Positions 40,662 to 50,976 of a stretch of 64,000 nt of DNA are shown here, piece by piece. The DNA comes from Nanobdellota archaeon (GTDB lineage Archaea > Nanobdellota > Nanobdellia > Pacearchaeales > GW2011-AR1). The position numbers were made by a program, and so were the translations under genes. Under the pieces are notes generated by a model. That model was not told where the DNA came from. It did no database searches and saw only the letters and a list, made by a program, of their open reading frames with translations. How positions within the stretch are numbered: position 1 is the first letter of the stretch; the number at the start of each line of letters is the position of its first letter. The stretch spans positions 51,146 to 115,145 of the forward strand of contig DUKY01000007.1 of the NCBI GenBank assembly GCA_013329055.1, written 5' to 3'.

Positions 40662-41278
40662 TATTTTTTTCCTCCCTTGGTAGTTTTTTCTCCTTTAGTC
40701 TTTTTTTCTTCAGATTTTATTAATTTTTCAGCTTCTTTTTGCTTTTTAATTTGATCTTCTTTAATCCATTCAATTTTTCCTAATCCGGGTTGTCTCATTG
40801 TAAGTCCGATTTTTGGTGATTCTCCTTTATGGCTTATAGCTACAACTCTTGCAAGGCATAAATCTCCTTGTTTAAGGTTTCTTTTACTTGCCTTTCCCAT
40901 TAATGAATTTGTTTTGCTAAAACTTACATAATCGTCCATTGTTTGTGAAATATGAATCATTCCTTGCATTGAACCCATGTTAATAAATGCACCAAAAGTT
41001 GTAATTTCAGAAATTTCACCAAAAACTAATTCATGCAATTCAACTTTCCAGATTAATAGTTTAAACTTAGCACTGTAATATGCTGCTCCATCTCCAGGGA
41101 TGATTATACCTTCTCCAACTTCTAAAACTTCAACAACTGAAATTACAGAACCTAATTTTTTATCATAATATTTAACGTATGTTTCTCGAAGTTGTTTGTC
41201 AACTGCTTCCTTAGTTGGTAAGCCAAATAACTTTGGCTCAACTCTTACATGGTCCTGAACTTCTGCAATATAGAACAT
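40661..41278 (-). CDS. rpoE: DNA-directed RNA polymerase subunit E' (Rpo7)
   Basis: IIPGDGAAYY, S1 domain, KIGLTMRQPGLG. Confidence 0.95.
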   Translation of the reverse strand: MFYIAEVQDHVRVEPKLFGLPTKEAVDKQLRETYVKYYDKKLGSVISVVEVLEVGEGIIIPGDGAAYYSAKFKLLIWKVELHELVFGEISEITTFGAFINMGSMQGMIHISQTMDDYVSFSKTNSLMGKASKRNLKQGDLCLARVVAISHKGESPKIGLTMRQPGLGKIEWIKEDQIKKQKEAEKLIKSEEKKTKGEKTTKGGKK

Positions 41279-41321
41279 TTTAACAAAATTTAGAGTAAAT
41301 ATTGCTTTTTAAAAGTTACTA

Positions 41322-41669
41322 TCATATTACTTCTAACTTTTTTCTCCCCCTTATAACCATTTTCTCATTTTTAACGCTCTTTTTTATTTCTTTATCTAAA
41401 GTTGCAATAATAATAAGGGGATTCTTTTTTGCAAAATTTATTAATAATTCGTCGACAATTCCTTTGCCTAAGCTTATTTTTTGATAATTTGCTTTATTTA
41501 ATAATGCTAATGCAATTTGTGCAGAAGAATTAGAGATGCTTAAACCTTCAATTTCTTTAATAACTTCCAGAGGGATAATAATTTTAAAACCGATAAGTTC
41601 TTCAAAAAAATCAATCTTTTGCTTAATACAGGTTAAGATAAAACTTGTATCCATTATTATTTCTTTCAT
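41322..41669 (-). CDS. PIN-domain protein (Fcf1/Utp24-like)
   Basis: DTSFI, V.KE, VD, ATLDKE; conserved position upstream of rpoE'. Confidence 0.85.
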   Translation of the reverse strand: MKEIIMDTSFILTCIKQKIDFFEELIGFKIIIPLEVIKEIEGLSISNSSAQIALALLNKANYQKISLGKGIVDELLINFAKKNPLIIIATLDKEIKKSVKNEKMVIRGRKKLEVI

Positions 41670-41784
41670 TTTTTTATATTTCCTGAAATAATAATGTTAG
41701 AAAATCTTTGATTTTCTATATATTCAAAACTTTTACTTCTGATCTTTGCGTAGGCAAAGTTTAGTTTTGAATTGATTATCTCTT

Positions 41785-42024
41785 TCATGGTCTCCTCAAT
41801 CGTTTTAATGCAATTGTAAATCCTATTACTCTTGCATAATAATTCTTTCCTAATTTTTCTAAAATTTCAGTTGAATATTTCTTTACAGAATCTTTTCCAT
41901 CTCTTGCACTTGGTAAAACCGAAATTTTTACATTTTTGCAAGTCTTAAATTGATTTTTCAGACTTTCAATAAAATTATCTGTTACTCCTAGTTTTCCTAA
42001 TTGTATGTTTCTTATTGCTACCAT
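41785..42024 (-). CDS. YhbY/CRM-like RNA-binding protein
   Basis: IQLGK.GVT..F...VKISVL...RVIGFT. Confidence 0.75.
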   Translation of the reverse strand: MVAIRNIQLGKLGVTDNFIESLKNQFKTCKNVKISVLPSARDGKDSVKKYSTEILEKLGKNYYARVIGFTIALKRLRRP

Positions 42025-42314
42025 TATTTAATATTAGCTCTTCTTAATTTAATTCCTGTTTTATTTTCCAAACCTAATTTTGCTCCTCTAATAAAATTAA
42101 TCTCTCCTCCTATTTCTATTAAGGGAAATGCCAGAAATTCCGGCTTGGTGCAAATAATCGTGGTTCCTTGATAATGAATTACTTCTCCTTTTCTCATTAT
42201 CTCTATTCCTTCTTCAATTTGCAATTCATTAATCTTCTGAGATAAATTAATTCTTCTTTGAAGATAATGTTCTCTATCTTTTTTAGGGGTTGGATTATAA
42301 TATTCTATTACCAT
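42024..42314 (-). CDS. Hypothetical protein
   Basis: Translationally coupled (TAATG overlaps) with both neighbours. Confidence 0.6.
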   Translation of the reverse strand: MVIEYYNPTPKKDREHYLQRRINLSQKINELQIEEGIEIMRKGEVIHYQGTTIICTKPEFLAFPLIEIGGEINFIRGAKLGLENKTGIKLRRANIK

Positions 42315-42673
42315 TACTTTATTAATTCCTTTTTTACTTTTATAACCTTCCTTTTCTTAACGCCAAAAGTTCCTAGGTTCATGTCTTTAGTTTTATAAAT
42401 ATCTTTACCTAAAAAACGATGAATGATTACATCTGATTGATTTGTTTTCCAATCTTTACTATATTTTGCACAAAAAATAGCGGCTTCTTCGATGTCTCCT
42501 TTTTTTGGTTTGCCTTTTATATTTACGAATGGACTTCCTACGGCAGCGGTATGAAAAACTTCTTCATCGGGTTTAACCTGTGCAATCAATTCTTCGTTAT
42601 TTTTTGCATCACGCCCTGCAAGAATTAATGTTTCATTTTCAGTTATAAGTTTTCTAAAATTTGGTTCTTTCAT
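42314..42673 (-). CDS. NFACT-R (DUF814) RNA-binding domain protein
   Basis: AGRDAKNNE, FHT...GSPF, AAIFCA.YS. Confidence 0.82.
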   Translation of the reverse strand: MKEPNFRKLITENETLILAGRDAKNNEELIAQVKPDEEVFHTAAVGSPFVNIKGKPKKGDIEEAAIFCAKYSKDWKTNQSDVIIHRFLGKDIYKTKDMNLGTFGVKKRKVIKVKKELIK

Positions 42674-42726
42674 ATCCTATTAAAAGAAAGAGGTTTTATT
42701 ATCTTTTGGGTTAATCATTAATTCCG

Positions 42727-43170
42727 TTAATCAAATAATTTTTTTAATTTATTTACTTCATTTAAAACTTTTTTTTCTGAATAAAAATTTCTTTTATCTC
42801 CTTCCTGACTCATATGAACAACTTTCTTTTTTGGGACCAAGTGAATATGCATATGATTAATTGATTTTCCTGCAGAGATTAAGTCGTCTCCTTCTTTATA
42901 TGAAACTTCAACTCCGGGATAAATTTTATGCAAATGATTCATTCCAAATAAAATTAATTTTCCGATTCCAACTTGTTCCTTGTATCTTAAGTTATGAAGT
43001 TTTATTACATGTCTTTTTGGAAAAACAAGCAAATGGTCTTTAATATAAGGAGCTCGTGCGATTGTTAATATTGCATAATAATTTTCTTTAATAATCAATT
43101 TTTTATTTAAATTACAAAATGGACAAGTATGGTCTTTGTAAATTTTATTTAAGAAAATTTGATATATCAA
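42727..43170 (-). CDS. HIT family nucleotide hydrolase
   Basis: CPFC, PY..DHLLV.PKRH, HMHIHLVP. Confidence 0.85.
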   Translation of the reverse strand: MIYQIFLNKIYKDHTCPFCNLNKKLIIKENYYAILTIARAPYIKDHLLVFPKRHVIKLHNLRYKEQVGIGKLILFGMNHLHKIYPGVEVSYKEGDDLISAGKSINHMHIHLVPKKKVVHMSQEGDKRNFYSEKKVLNEVNKLKKLFD

Positions 43171-43265
43171 ATTAATTTCCTCCCGTGGTTTAATTTGATT
43201 ATTAGAAAACTTAAAAAGTTTTTATTTTTTTTGAGTTTTGTATATCTCAACTAAATTTACCTCTT

Positions 43266-43607
43266 TTATTTAAATCCATAAGGACCAATTTTAATTAATA
43301 TTTGTCTTATTTCATCAATGGTTTTTTGCTGTGTTTTTTTATCAGACATTCTCACAAATTTTAATAACAAATCGGAAAGTTCTTCTTCGCTCATCACTTT
43401 TATTTTATATCCGTCAGCAATAAAATAAAATCTAAATGACTTGTACTTTAATTCTTTTATAGAAGTTCCTGAAACATTTCCGAGAAATTTCCCCTTTTTT
43501 GGATTATCTTCTAAAGAATATAATAATTTAACAATCTGATGAGATTCACCTTTAAACTTTTTTTTAATTTCTTCACCAAGAGATTTAATTATTTCAACTC
43601 TGGCCAT
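43266..43607 (-). CDS. RelE/ParE-like toxin
   Basis: L..LEDNP.KGK.L...IKELKY..FRFYF; overlaps the upstream small gene. Confidence 0.65.
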   Translation of the reverse strand: MARVEIIKSLGEEIKKKFKGESHQIVKLLYSLEDNPKKGKFLGNVSGTSIKELKYKSFRFYFIADGYKIKVMSEEELSDLLLKFVRMSDKKTQQKTIDEIRQILIKIGPYGFK

Positions 43608-43795
43608 TTTTTATCAATCTCTTTTTTAAATTCATCAAGAGAAATACAATTTTCTGAAGACATTAAGAATTGCCTTGCCTGATCTTTTACTGCTCGTTCA
43701 TATAACCTTCTTATTATTGTTTCAAAACTTTCGCCTTTAAGACCAAATGTAGAAATTAGTTTCTTGGTTTCTTCACTTACCTGAATTGTGCTCAT
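43589..43795 (-). CDS. Putative antitoxin (RHH-like N-terminus)
   Basis: MSTIQVSEETKK..GESFE.IIRRL; C-terminal ISLDE. Confidence 0.68.
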   Translation of the reverse strand: MSTIQVSEETKKLISTFGLKGESFETIIRRLYERAVKDQARQFLMSSENCISLDEFKKEIDKKWPELK

Positions 43796-43796
43796 T

Positions 43797-43829
43797 TTAT
43801 AACTCCTATAATTACTATAACGGCTATAA
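43797..43829. promoter_or_regulatory. Four YTATAA repeats at 9-bp spacing between the TATA box and the antitoxin start
   Basis: TTATAA 43797; CTATAA 43806, 43815, 43824. Confidence 0.45.
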
Positions 43830-43869
43830 TTTATAAATTTTACTTATTTAAAAGCAGGTGATTTTACAT

Positions 43870-45165
43870 TTATCTAACATTGCTCCAATATTCCAAAGCC
43901 GTTTTTAACTCAGGGTGTGTTTTTGCATATTCATCTAAAGAAATTTTTTTCATGGTAGCATCAACAGCTTGACGCATTGCCCTTGCTCCGACAATTGTCC
44001 CTTGTGGATGACCGTGAATTCCTCCACCTGCCTGAATTACAACATCTTTACCCATAAAGTCTATAATTTTATCTACAATTCTTGGATAAACTCCTCCTGA
44101 AGCTACTGCGAACACAGGTTTAGTTCCATACCATTTTTGTTCAAGATTATTTTTTGTTTCAGGAGTAAAGTTATTTTCAATTTCTTGTTCTATATGCAAA
44201 ACTTCATTTTTATCTCCGGTCATTTTTCCATAGGCAGTTCCAATATGAAGCGTATCTACACCGACCATTCTAGCCCACTGTGCAATAATTTCCATGCTCA
44301 TGCCATGTTCAGGATTTCTATCAAACATTGCATGTCCTGCCCTATGTGCATGAATTGGAAGCTTTGTAAAGTTTCTTGCAGTTTGCAATGCACTCCAACC
44401 TAATGTGAGAATATCAAGCATAATATAATTTCCCCCATTTTCTTCCACAAATTTAATCCGCCTTTTCATCTCTTCACATTCTGCTGTGCAATTAATCAAA
44501 TAAACTTTCTTTTCCCCTGTTTCTTTTTCTGCTTTTTTTAAAGCTTTAATTGTCAACAAAAATCTTTTTTTGAATTTGTTAAAATTTTGACTTGTTAAAT
44601 TCTCGTCATCTTTTACAACGTCACATCCGCCTAACCATGATTCATATGCTACTTTTGCATGTTCTTTAGAAGTTAAACCTACTTTTGGTTTTACAATTGT
44701 TCCTACTAATGGTCTGTCTTTAATTTTCAAATATTTTCTTATACCTTTAATTCCATAACGTGGACCTTTAAAACTTTTTAACATTTTTTTTGGGATTCTT
44801 ACGTCTTCCCATAAAATTCCATCTGCACTTTTCATTCCGTAAATATTTCCGCCGATAGAAGACATTACACAGGGTAAATTTCCAAGTTCAAATAAATCCA
44901 GAGGATAAGCAATTCTAATTCGTTTATTTTCTTTATCAAGATAATATACTTTTGGAGCTAATTTTTTACCTATTTTTGGATTCATTGTTTTTACATCTGT
45001 CCATGTTCCAACACTACTTTCTCCTGCAACCATGCTTGCTACATCATTAAATTCATAACCTTTTGCGGGAGTTATTTTAAATTGGCAAAGAACATCAGTA
45101 TCTCTTGGCTTATATTTTAAATCAATAAAACTTCTATAACCGGATTTCAATTTTGTTTCCACCAT
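43870..45165 (-). CDS. rbcL: RuBisCO large subunit, form III-like
   Basis: AGESSVGTW, GTIVKPK, KDDENL, HAHRAGH, GKM, SGG, QAGGG. Confidence 0.93.
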   Translation of the reverse strand: MVETKLKSGYRSFIDLKYKPRDTDVLCQFKITPAKGYEFNDVASMVAGESSVGTWTDVKTMNPKIGKKLAPKVYYLDKENKRIRIAYPLDLFELGNLPCVMSSIGGNIYGMKSADGILWEDVRIPKKMLKSFKGPRYGIKGIRKYLKIKDRPLVGTIVKPKVGLTSKEHAKVAYESWLGGCDVVKDDENLTSQNFNKFKKRFLLTIKALKKAEKETGEKKVYLINCTAECEEMKRRIKFVEENGGNYIMLDILTLGWSALQTARNFTKLPIHAHRAGHAMFDRNPEHGMSMEIIAQWARMVGVDTLHIGTAYGKMTGDKNEVLHIEQEIENNFTPETKNNLEQKWYGTKPVFAVASGGVYPRIVDKIIDFMGKDVVIQAGGGIHGHPQGTIVGARAMRQAVDATMKKISLDEYAKTHPELKTALEYWSNVR

Positions 45166-45191
45166 CTTCTTTCTTTAAAGATTAAATTTAT

Positions 45192-46373
45192 TTAAATATC
45201 TTTACTTCTCTCTATAAACATTAATTCATATTTCTTTTTTTTCATTCGATATGAAAGGAACCAATCTAATAAGAATGCAATAGCACTCAAAGAAACAAGA
45301 TAAAGGAATCCATTTAGACTTATTTTTGGCAAGAAATATTCTTTATTTAAATAGCCAAGAATTCCGGTTATAACTCCGATACTTGCTAAAAGCTGGATTG
45401 ATCTAAGATTTTTACTTGTGGTTTTTCCTTCAATATCTCTTAATATTTGTATTGCAGAATTAACATAATCAGAAGTCATTTTCCAAATCTCTTTAATGTA
45501 TTCTAAGCTGTTAAACAAATCTTCATATTTATATTGAAAATGAGAAATTAAAGCCTGATCAACTCCTAATTGTTTTGACAACGAGGATCTGGTCTTTGCA
45601 TAAGAACCCATTTGATTGATTCTGTTACTTATGAGACTTACAGTTTTTGCATAACTTTCAAGCTTTGCTTTTTGTATAGAGATTTTATCCCCTTCTATAA
45701 ATTTTTGTTCTTTAATTTTTGATATTTCTTCCCATATCGCCCGATGAATATTAAGATATTTATGAAGTTGAGATTTAAATTCTTTAAAGAATATTTGCAT
45801 TTCGATTAAATCAGATAATTCTCTTTTTTCTGGTCTTGATGATAAAACAATTATATATTTGTTGGTCTTTAAAACTCTGATATCTTTTGAATTAGTATCA
45901 GAATAGATTTTTCCATAAATTTTTTCATTAAATTTTTTCATTTTTATATCTGAAGTAATTTCTCCAATTACAATCGGATGGTCATCTTTAATATTTGCAA
46001 GAATTTTAGGAGTTGGTGCACCAAGAGAGAAAAGGTAGTTTATCGCAGGGTTATATTTTGTATCAAAATATTCTTTTAATTTTTTTATGTCTTTTTCTAA
46101 ATCTTTTTCTAAGTCCTTTTCTTCAATTTTAAGAATATACAGACCATCTTCATAATAATTTATTATGATATTTTCTTTTGTAATAGCTTCAATATATTCA
46201 AGATAATCATTTTTTCGCTCTACTTTTTTAATCTCCATATTTTTTAGCAATTCTGTAAGTTTATCCTTATCCAGATCTAATTTTGAAGTTCCTTCTGAAA
46301 GAAATTGAAAAACTTCTGATAAGTGCATAGTTGTTCGCTGATACCATCCACCAAATGTAATTGTGTTCACCAT
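45192..46373 (-). CDS. Hypothetical protein with two C-terminal TM helices (CorA-like topology)
   Basis: Long helical soluble region then two TM segments; no GMN motif. Confidence 0.6.
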   Translation of the reverse strand: MVNTITFGGWYQRTTMHLSEVFQFLSEGTSKLDLDKDKLTELLKNMEIKKVERKNDYLEYIEAITKENIIINYYEDGLYILKIEEKDLEKDLEKDIKKLKEYFDTKYNPAINYLFSLGAPTPKILANIKDDHPIVIGEITSDIKMKKFNEKIYGKIYSDTNSKDIRVLKTNKYIIVLSSRPEKRELSDLIEMQIFFKEFKSQLHKYLNIHRAIWEEISKIKEQKFIEGDKISIQKAKLESYAKTVSLISNRINQMGSYAKTRSSLSKQLGVDQALISHFQYKYEDLFNSLEYIKEIWKMTSDYVNSAIQILRDIEGKTTSKNLRSIQLLASIGVITGILGYLNKEYFLPKISLNGFLYLVSLSAIAFLLDWFLSYRMKKKKYELMFIERSKDI

Positions 46374-46510
46374 CTTTAATTATAAATAAAGTTGATTTTA
46401 TTTAAATGTTATTAATTTAAATATTGAATAATGTCCTTACTTAACAAAAGTAACAATATCAAAAGATTTATAAATGGATGTTCCTACTCATTAGTTATTA
46501 AAAAACTAAA

Positions 46511-47278
46511 ATGTTACTTAAACAAGACCTCATTGGGAAAATCAAAGATTACTTTGATTTGAATATTTACGAGACAAAAGTATGGCTAGCTTTGCTTGGA
46601 AAAGGTATTGCTTCAGCCGGAGAAGTTGCGTCAATTTCCAGAGTTCCAAGATCAAGGACTTATGATGTGCTTGAGAGTTTAGAAAAAAAAGGATTTGCAA
46701 TTGTTAAAATTGGCAAGCCTGTAAAATACATTGGTGTTAAGCCCAGAATTATTCTTGAAAAATTAAAAAATAATGTTAGAACTGATGCAGATGAAAAAAT
46801 GTTAACATTATCAAATATCAAAAATACTGAAGAATTTACTAAATTAGAAGAATTGTATGATGAAAGCATTAATACTGTTAAAAGGGAAGATATTTCTTCT
46901 GCATTAACCGGAAAATCAAACATTACTAATCATCTTAGAGAAATTATTTTAAATGCCAATAAAGAAGTTATAATCTGCACAAATGTTATGGAGATTATTT
47001 CTAAAATAAAACTATTCCAAAAAACAGTAGAGCAACTTAAAAAAGCTAATGTTGATATTAAATTTGCATTATCCGGAGATGAAAAATTAGTTAAACAAAT
47101 TGAAACAAAATTAGATGTTAAAATTAAATTTGTTAATATTGATGCAAAATTCTTTATTGTTGACAGAACAGAAATTTTATTTTATATTTCAAAAGATTCA
47201 GATATTGCAATTTGGTTAAATTCTGATTTCTTTTCTCAGGCATTTGCAGAATTATTTGATAAAGTTATTAAAAATTGA
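46511..47278 (+). CDS. TrmB family transcriptional regulator
   Basis: LNIYETKVW..SRVPRSRTYDVLESLEKKG..GKP.KY. Confidence 0.9.
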   Translation: MLLKQDLIGKIKDYFDLNIYETKVWLALLGKGIASAGEVASISRVPRSRTYDVLESLEKKGFAIVKIGKPVKYIGVKPRIILEKLKNNVRTDADEKMLTLSNIKNTEEFTKLEELYDESINTVKREDISSALTGKSNITNHLREIILNANKEVIICTNVMEIISKIKLFQKTVEQLKKANVDIKFALSGDEKLVKQIETKLDVKIKFVNIDAKFFIVDRTEILFYISKDSDIAIWLNSDFFSQAFAELFDKVIKN

Positions 47279-47996
47279 GGATTTTAATATGGATAAATCT
47301 AAATCTTCAATAATCCTTGAAGATGTTTCTTTATGTGCAATTGTTAGAGACGAAAAAATGAATCCTGCAGGAGGAATTCAAAGATTTATTGAGTCTCATG
47401 TACCATTTGTTGAAGAAGCAGTTATTGTCGATACTGGTTCAAAGGATGGCACGAGAGAAATATTAGAAGAATTAGAATCCAGATATTCAAATTTAAGAAT
47501 TTTTGATCATCCGTTTGATGGATATGGTCCTTCAAGAAATTATTCATTAGAAAAAGCAAATTGCAAATATGTATTAGTTTTAGATGCAGATGAATTATTA
47601 ACTCAGACACAACCAATAAATGATTGGAAGATTATTCATAAAAAAATAAAAAAAGGAAATTTTGAAAGATTATTATTTGGGGTACAAAATGTTTGTTTTA
47701 AAGGGGAGTCAGTAATTTATGGATTACATCCGGAGAGACTTTTTGTAAATTCTTCTAAACTTAAGTTTGAAAATTTAGCAGGGGAATATCTAAATATTCG
47801 AGGAGGACAAAAAGTAAATGTTAAAATTAAACATTTTTTACCCAGAGCAAGAGCAAAAAATTTAAAGAATGATGATTGGTATTCAAGCCAATTTAGTCCT
47901 GGTTATATTGAATTAATTGGAAATAAGGCTCCTTCAGAGATTGAAAGTTTTGCAGAATGGAAAGAATATAATCCAAAAAGGGATTTATTTAAATAA
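47244..47996 (+). CDS. Glycosyltransferase family 2 (start probably ATG 47289)
   Basis: IVDTGSKDGT, RN, LVLDADE. Confidence 0.85.
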   Translation: MQNYLIKLLKIEDFNMDKSKSSIILEDVSLCAIVRDEKMNPAGGIQRFIESHVPFVEEAVIVDTGSKDGTREILEELESRYSNLRIFDHPFDGYGPSRNYSLEKANCKYVLVLDADELLTQTQPINDWKIIHKKIKKGNFERLLFGVQNVCFKGESVIYGLHPERLFVNSSKLKFENLAGEYLNIRGGQKVNVKIKHFLPRARAKNLKNDDWYSSQFSPGYIELIGNKAPSEIESFAEWKEYNPKRDLFK

Positions 47997-48002
47997 ATTA
48001 AA

Positions 48003-48863
48003 ATGAAATCACAGGAAATATTAAAACTTGAAGAAAGATTGTTTAATGAAGTTAAAGATAGAGGAACGTGTGTATCTGAACCAACTGCAATAATGCTTGC
48101 AAGTCATGATTTTAAAAATATTGAAGAATTATATCAAGCACAGGAAAATTTTGAAAAACTTATTTTAAAATTCAAAAACAGTTCTAAATATAAAGAACTT
48201 CTAGAATATCATCAAAGATATGAATATCCTATCTCTGAATTTCAATTTTGTGAAATAATTGCAATGCATGAATGGATGTATCGAAATAATGAAGACATTT
48301 ATGACAAAACTCAAACAAGTGTACCGATTGCAATAGAAAAAATATTAAATGATGAAGATAAAGTCGGACAATGCACTGCATTAACCGGACTAATGTGGGC
48401 TTTCGGAGCAGTTGAAGGGATTAATTTAACAGCATACTCTACAATTGACCATGTACTAACTTGCTATAATGATACACAAAAAAATATTCCATTGGAAAAT
48501 ACTTCGAAATATAATTTCACTCCGATGTATCCCCCTGTTAGATCAAAAAAAATAAAATTTCCAGCATTTTTAGCAGAATGTTTTAGTAATAAGGGATCTG
48601 CAAAAAATAATTTAGGAGATGATCATGGGGCAATAAAAGATTATGATGAAGCAATTAGATTAAACCCAGAAAACGAAAAAGCATGGAATAATAGAGGAGT
48701 AGCTAAGTATAGATTAGGGAGATATTCGGAAGCAATAAAAGATTATAAGGAAGCAATTAGATTAAATCCAAAATATACAACTGCACAAGATAATAGAAAA
48801 TTAGCTTTAAGAAAATTAAACAAGTTTTCGAGGATATTTACCCAACTATCAAACTATTTCTAA
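48003..48863 (+). CDS. Transglutaminase-like domain + TPR protein
   Basis: GQCTALT..DHV..LENT; two C-terminal TPRs (AIKDYDEAIRLNP). Confidence 0.75.
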   Translation: MKSQEILKLEERLFNEVKDRGTCVSEPTAIMLASHDFKNIEELYQAQENFEKLILKFKNSSKYKELLEYHQRYEYPISEFQFCEIIAMHEWMYRNNEDIYDKTQTSVPIAIEKILNDEDKVGQCTALTGLMWAFGAVEGINLTAYSTIDHVLTCYNDTQKNIPLENTSKYNFTPMYPPVRSKKIKFPAFLAECFSNKGSAKNNLGDDHGAIKDYDEAIRLNPENEKAWNNRGVAKYRLGRYSEAIKDYKEAIRLNPKYTTAQDNRKLALRKLNKFSRIFTQLSNYF

Positions 48864-50129
48864 TTTTTCGATATACATCTCTTTAATTTTCTTTAAATTT
48901 TTCTTTTTCCAAAATTCAATAAATTGAGGGAGATTCATAGAAATTTTTTCTTTTGAATAAATTTTATCTTCTTTTGTAAAAGTTTTTTTATGTTCCTTTT
49001 TGAATTTTAAAACACTTTCTTTATCTTTAATAAGTGGTCCCTCAAAGATAATTTCATTTCTTTTTTTTGCTACAAAAAAATATCTTGCAGATTGCTTTTT
49101 ATTATAATTAAAACCTTTATTTTTAATCTCAAAAGAATTATTTATTTCTTCACTTAGATGTTTATAAAATTTTAATAATTTGCTTCCTGCAACATCTCCT
49201 GGCTGTTTAGGGGTCATTGATTCCAGCAAAACAAATTCGTCTTTCTTTTTTATTGCATCACTTTTGATTTTTTCAAGATCTGTTTTTTGAACCTCAAAAG
49301 ATTTTATCGAGGGATTTTTCAAAAATCCTGAGCATTCTGTCTGAAATTTATTAAATGTTTCCTGCGATAACGCGGCTAAAGTATTACGCTGTTTATATGT
49401 GGGGTCAACTAAAATAATTGGGGAATTTAATTTAGAACTATTTATATCCATTAAAACAACAGATTTATTTTTATAATATTTTTCAATGTCAATAACTAAT
49501 TTATCTTTTTTTACTTTTGTCATTGCTTTTAAGAAATTTATAAAACCTTTATAATAATAGACTAATAATTCTAAAGAATATCCGGAAAAACCTCCGATAT
49601 AAGATTCTGCTCCATAGCAATGATTGGCATGACAAAATGCTTTTGCAATTTTTATGTCATTTAAAATTTCCTGAGATTTAATGTTTTTATTAATATATTT
49701 AACATGCGAGTAAGATAAATCAGTTATGTTTTCTGCCTGTTCCGGGCTATTTATTTTTTTTACAGGAATTAATTCAATATATAATTCAGAATTGATAATC
49801 ACCCGATAATAATCCCTTGATCCATGAACTTTTAAAAGATTTTTAAAACCTTTCAAAGCTTTAGCAGTTAATCCCGAAAGGTCTTTGTCGTCGTATTTTT
49901 TATCAAAACGGACAAATACATCCACATCATAAGAATCTTTTTTTATTACAGTTTTTTTTGCAAAACTTCCGCCAATAAATACTTCAGCTTTAATTTTTAA
50001 TTTTTTTAGATTTTGATTAAATTTTTTTAAAAAATCTTTCAAGGATGTATCAATAAGTTTCAAATCTTCTTTTGAAGGTTCAACCTGAATCAAAACCTGA
50101 TTTAAAATTTGATTAATTTTTTTTGTCAT
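48849..50129 (-). CDS. cca: Archaeal (class I) CCA-adding enzyme
   Basis: GGSFAK.T....DVDVF, YGAES..GFSGY, VDPT..RN. Confidence 0.9.
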   Translation of the reverse strand: MTKKINQILNQVLIQVEPSKEDLKLIDTSLKDFLKKFNQNLKKLKIKAEVFIGGSFAKKTVIKKDSYDVDVFVRFDKKYDDKDLSGLTAKALKGFKNLLKVHGSRDYYRVIINSELYIELIPVKKINSPEQAENITDLSYSHVKYINKNIKSQEILNDIKIAKAFCHANHCYGAESYIGGFSGYSLELLVYYYKGFINFLKAMTKVKKDKLVIDIEKYYKNKSVVLMDINSSKLNSPIILVDPTYKQRNTLAALSQETFNKFQTECSGFLKNPSIKSFEVQKTDLEKIKSDAIKKKDEFVLLESMTPKQPGDVAGSKLLKFYKHLSEEINNSFEIKNKGFNYNKKQSARYFFVAKKRNEIIFEGPLIKDKESVLKFKKEHKKTFTKEDKIYSKEKISMNLPQFIEFWKKKNLKKIKEMYIEKLEIV

Positions 50130-50167
50130 ATTAATTTCAAGAAAAAAATGGTTTTTATAATTTTACT

Positions 50168-50554
50168 TTATTTTTGATTTTTCATATTTTGCCTTAGTGT
50201 TGTTGCTAAGTCAATTAAATATTTTCCTTCTTCAAATTTATATATTAATGGACGATCTTTATTAAATAAATTTACAACATCAATTTCAAATTTACCTGAA
50301 CCAATAGCTCTTATGGATTCAATATCTAAAATTACCGGCATGCTTTCATCAGTTATTCCTGCAATATCACGAATATCTCTTTCAACAATTTTTCTTTCAT
50401 CTTCAGGTATTTCTATTGGATTATTCCTTATTTTCTCTAATTGCTCTTCTTTTATATAAAAAAAGAATTTACTTTTGCAATTCCCGCACCCTTCCAGTAA
50501 TTCTTTGCTTCCAACAGGAATAAACCTAGAACACTTTGTACACTGGTGTGGCAT
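50168..50554 (-). CDS. oapC: OapC/ArvC Zn-ribbon protein (DUF2072)
   Basis: MPHQCTKC..GC..C..KFF..IESIR...GKFEID. Confidence 0.85.
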   Translation of the reverse strand: MPHQCTKCSRFIPVGSKELLEGCGNCKSKFFFYIKEEQLEKIRNNPIEIPEDERKIVERDIRDIAGITDESMPVILDIESIRAIGSGKFEIDVVNLFNKDRPLIYKFEEGKYLIDLATTLRQNMKNQK

Positions 50555-50574
50555 GATTATCTAAAGCTTAAGGA

Positions 50575-50928
50575 CTATTTAATATTTTCTAATGTCGTCT
50601 TTAATTTACCATCTAACCAAAATCTGGCTGTTGCATGATTCTCTTTTTTTAATAATTCATAATATTCGTGATTAATAAAAAAACTAATATTATCTGCTTT
50701 GGCAATATAAGCATCCTGAGGGGACAAAATTACATTAACTTCTTCTCTTTGAGAATAATCAATTTTTAAGGAAAATGGAATTTGTACTTCGGGTGTAGGA
50801 CCATCATTATTCGAAAAAATTTCTGTATATTTAAGCATTCCAAATAAACTTTGCGATTCTAATTGACTTAATTCTTCCATAGATTGTAATTTTACAAATA
50901 TTTCTGTTCCCCTTGAAATTGCCTTCAT
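50575..50928 (-). CDS. Hypothetical protein inserted within the oap cluster
   Basis: 117-aa ORF between oapB and oapC. Confidence 0.55.
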   Translation of the reverse strand: MKAISRGTEIFVKLQSMEELSQLESQSLFGMLKYTEIFSNNDGPTPEVQIPFSLKIDYSQREEVNVILSPQDAYIAKADNISFFINHEYYELLKKENHATARFWLDGKLKTTLENIK

Positions 50929-50976
50929 AAAAAAATAGATTATTATCGATTATAAATATTTTTATTAGATCAAAGA

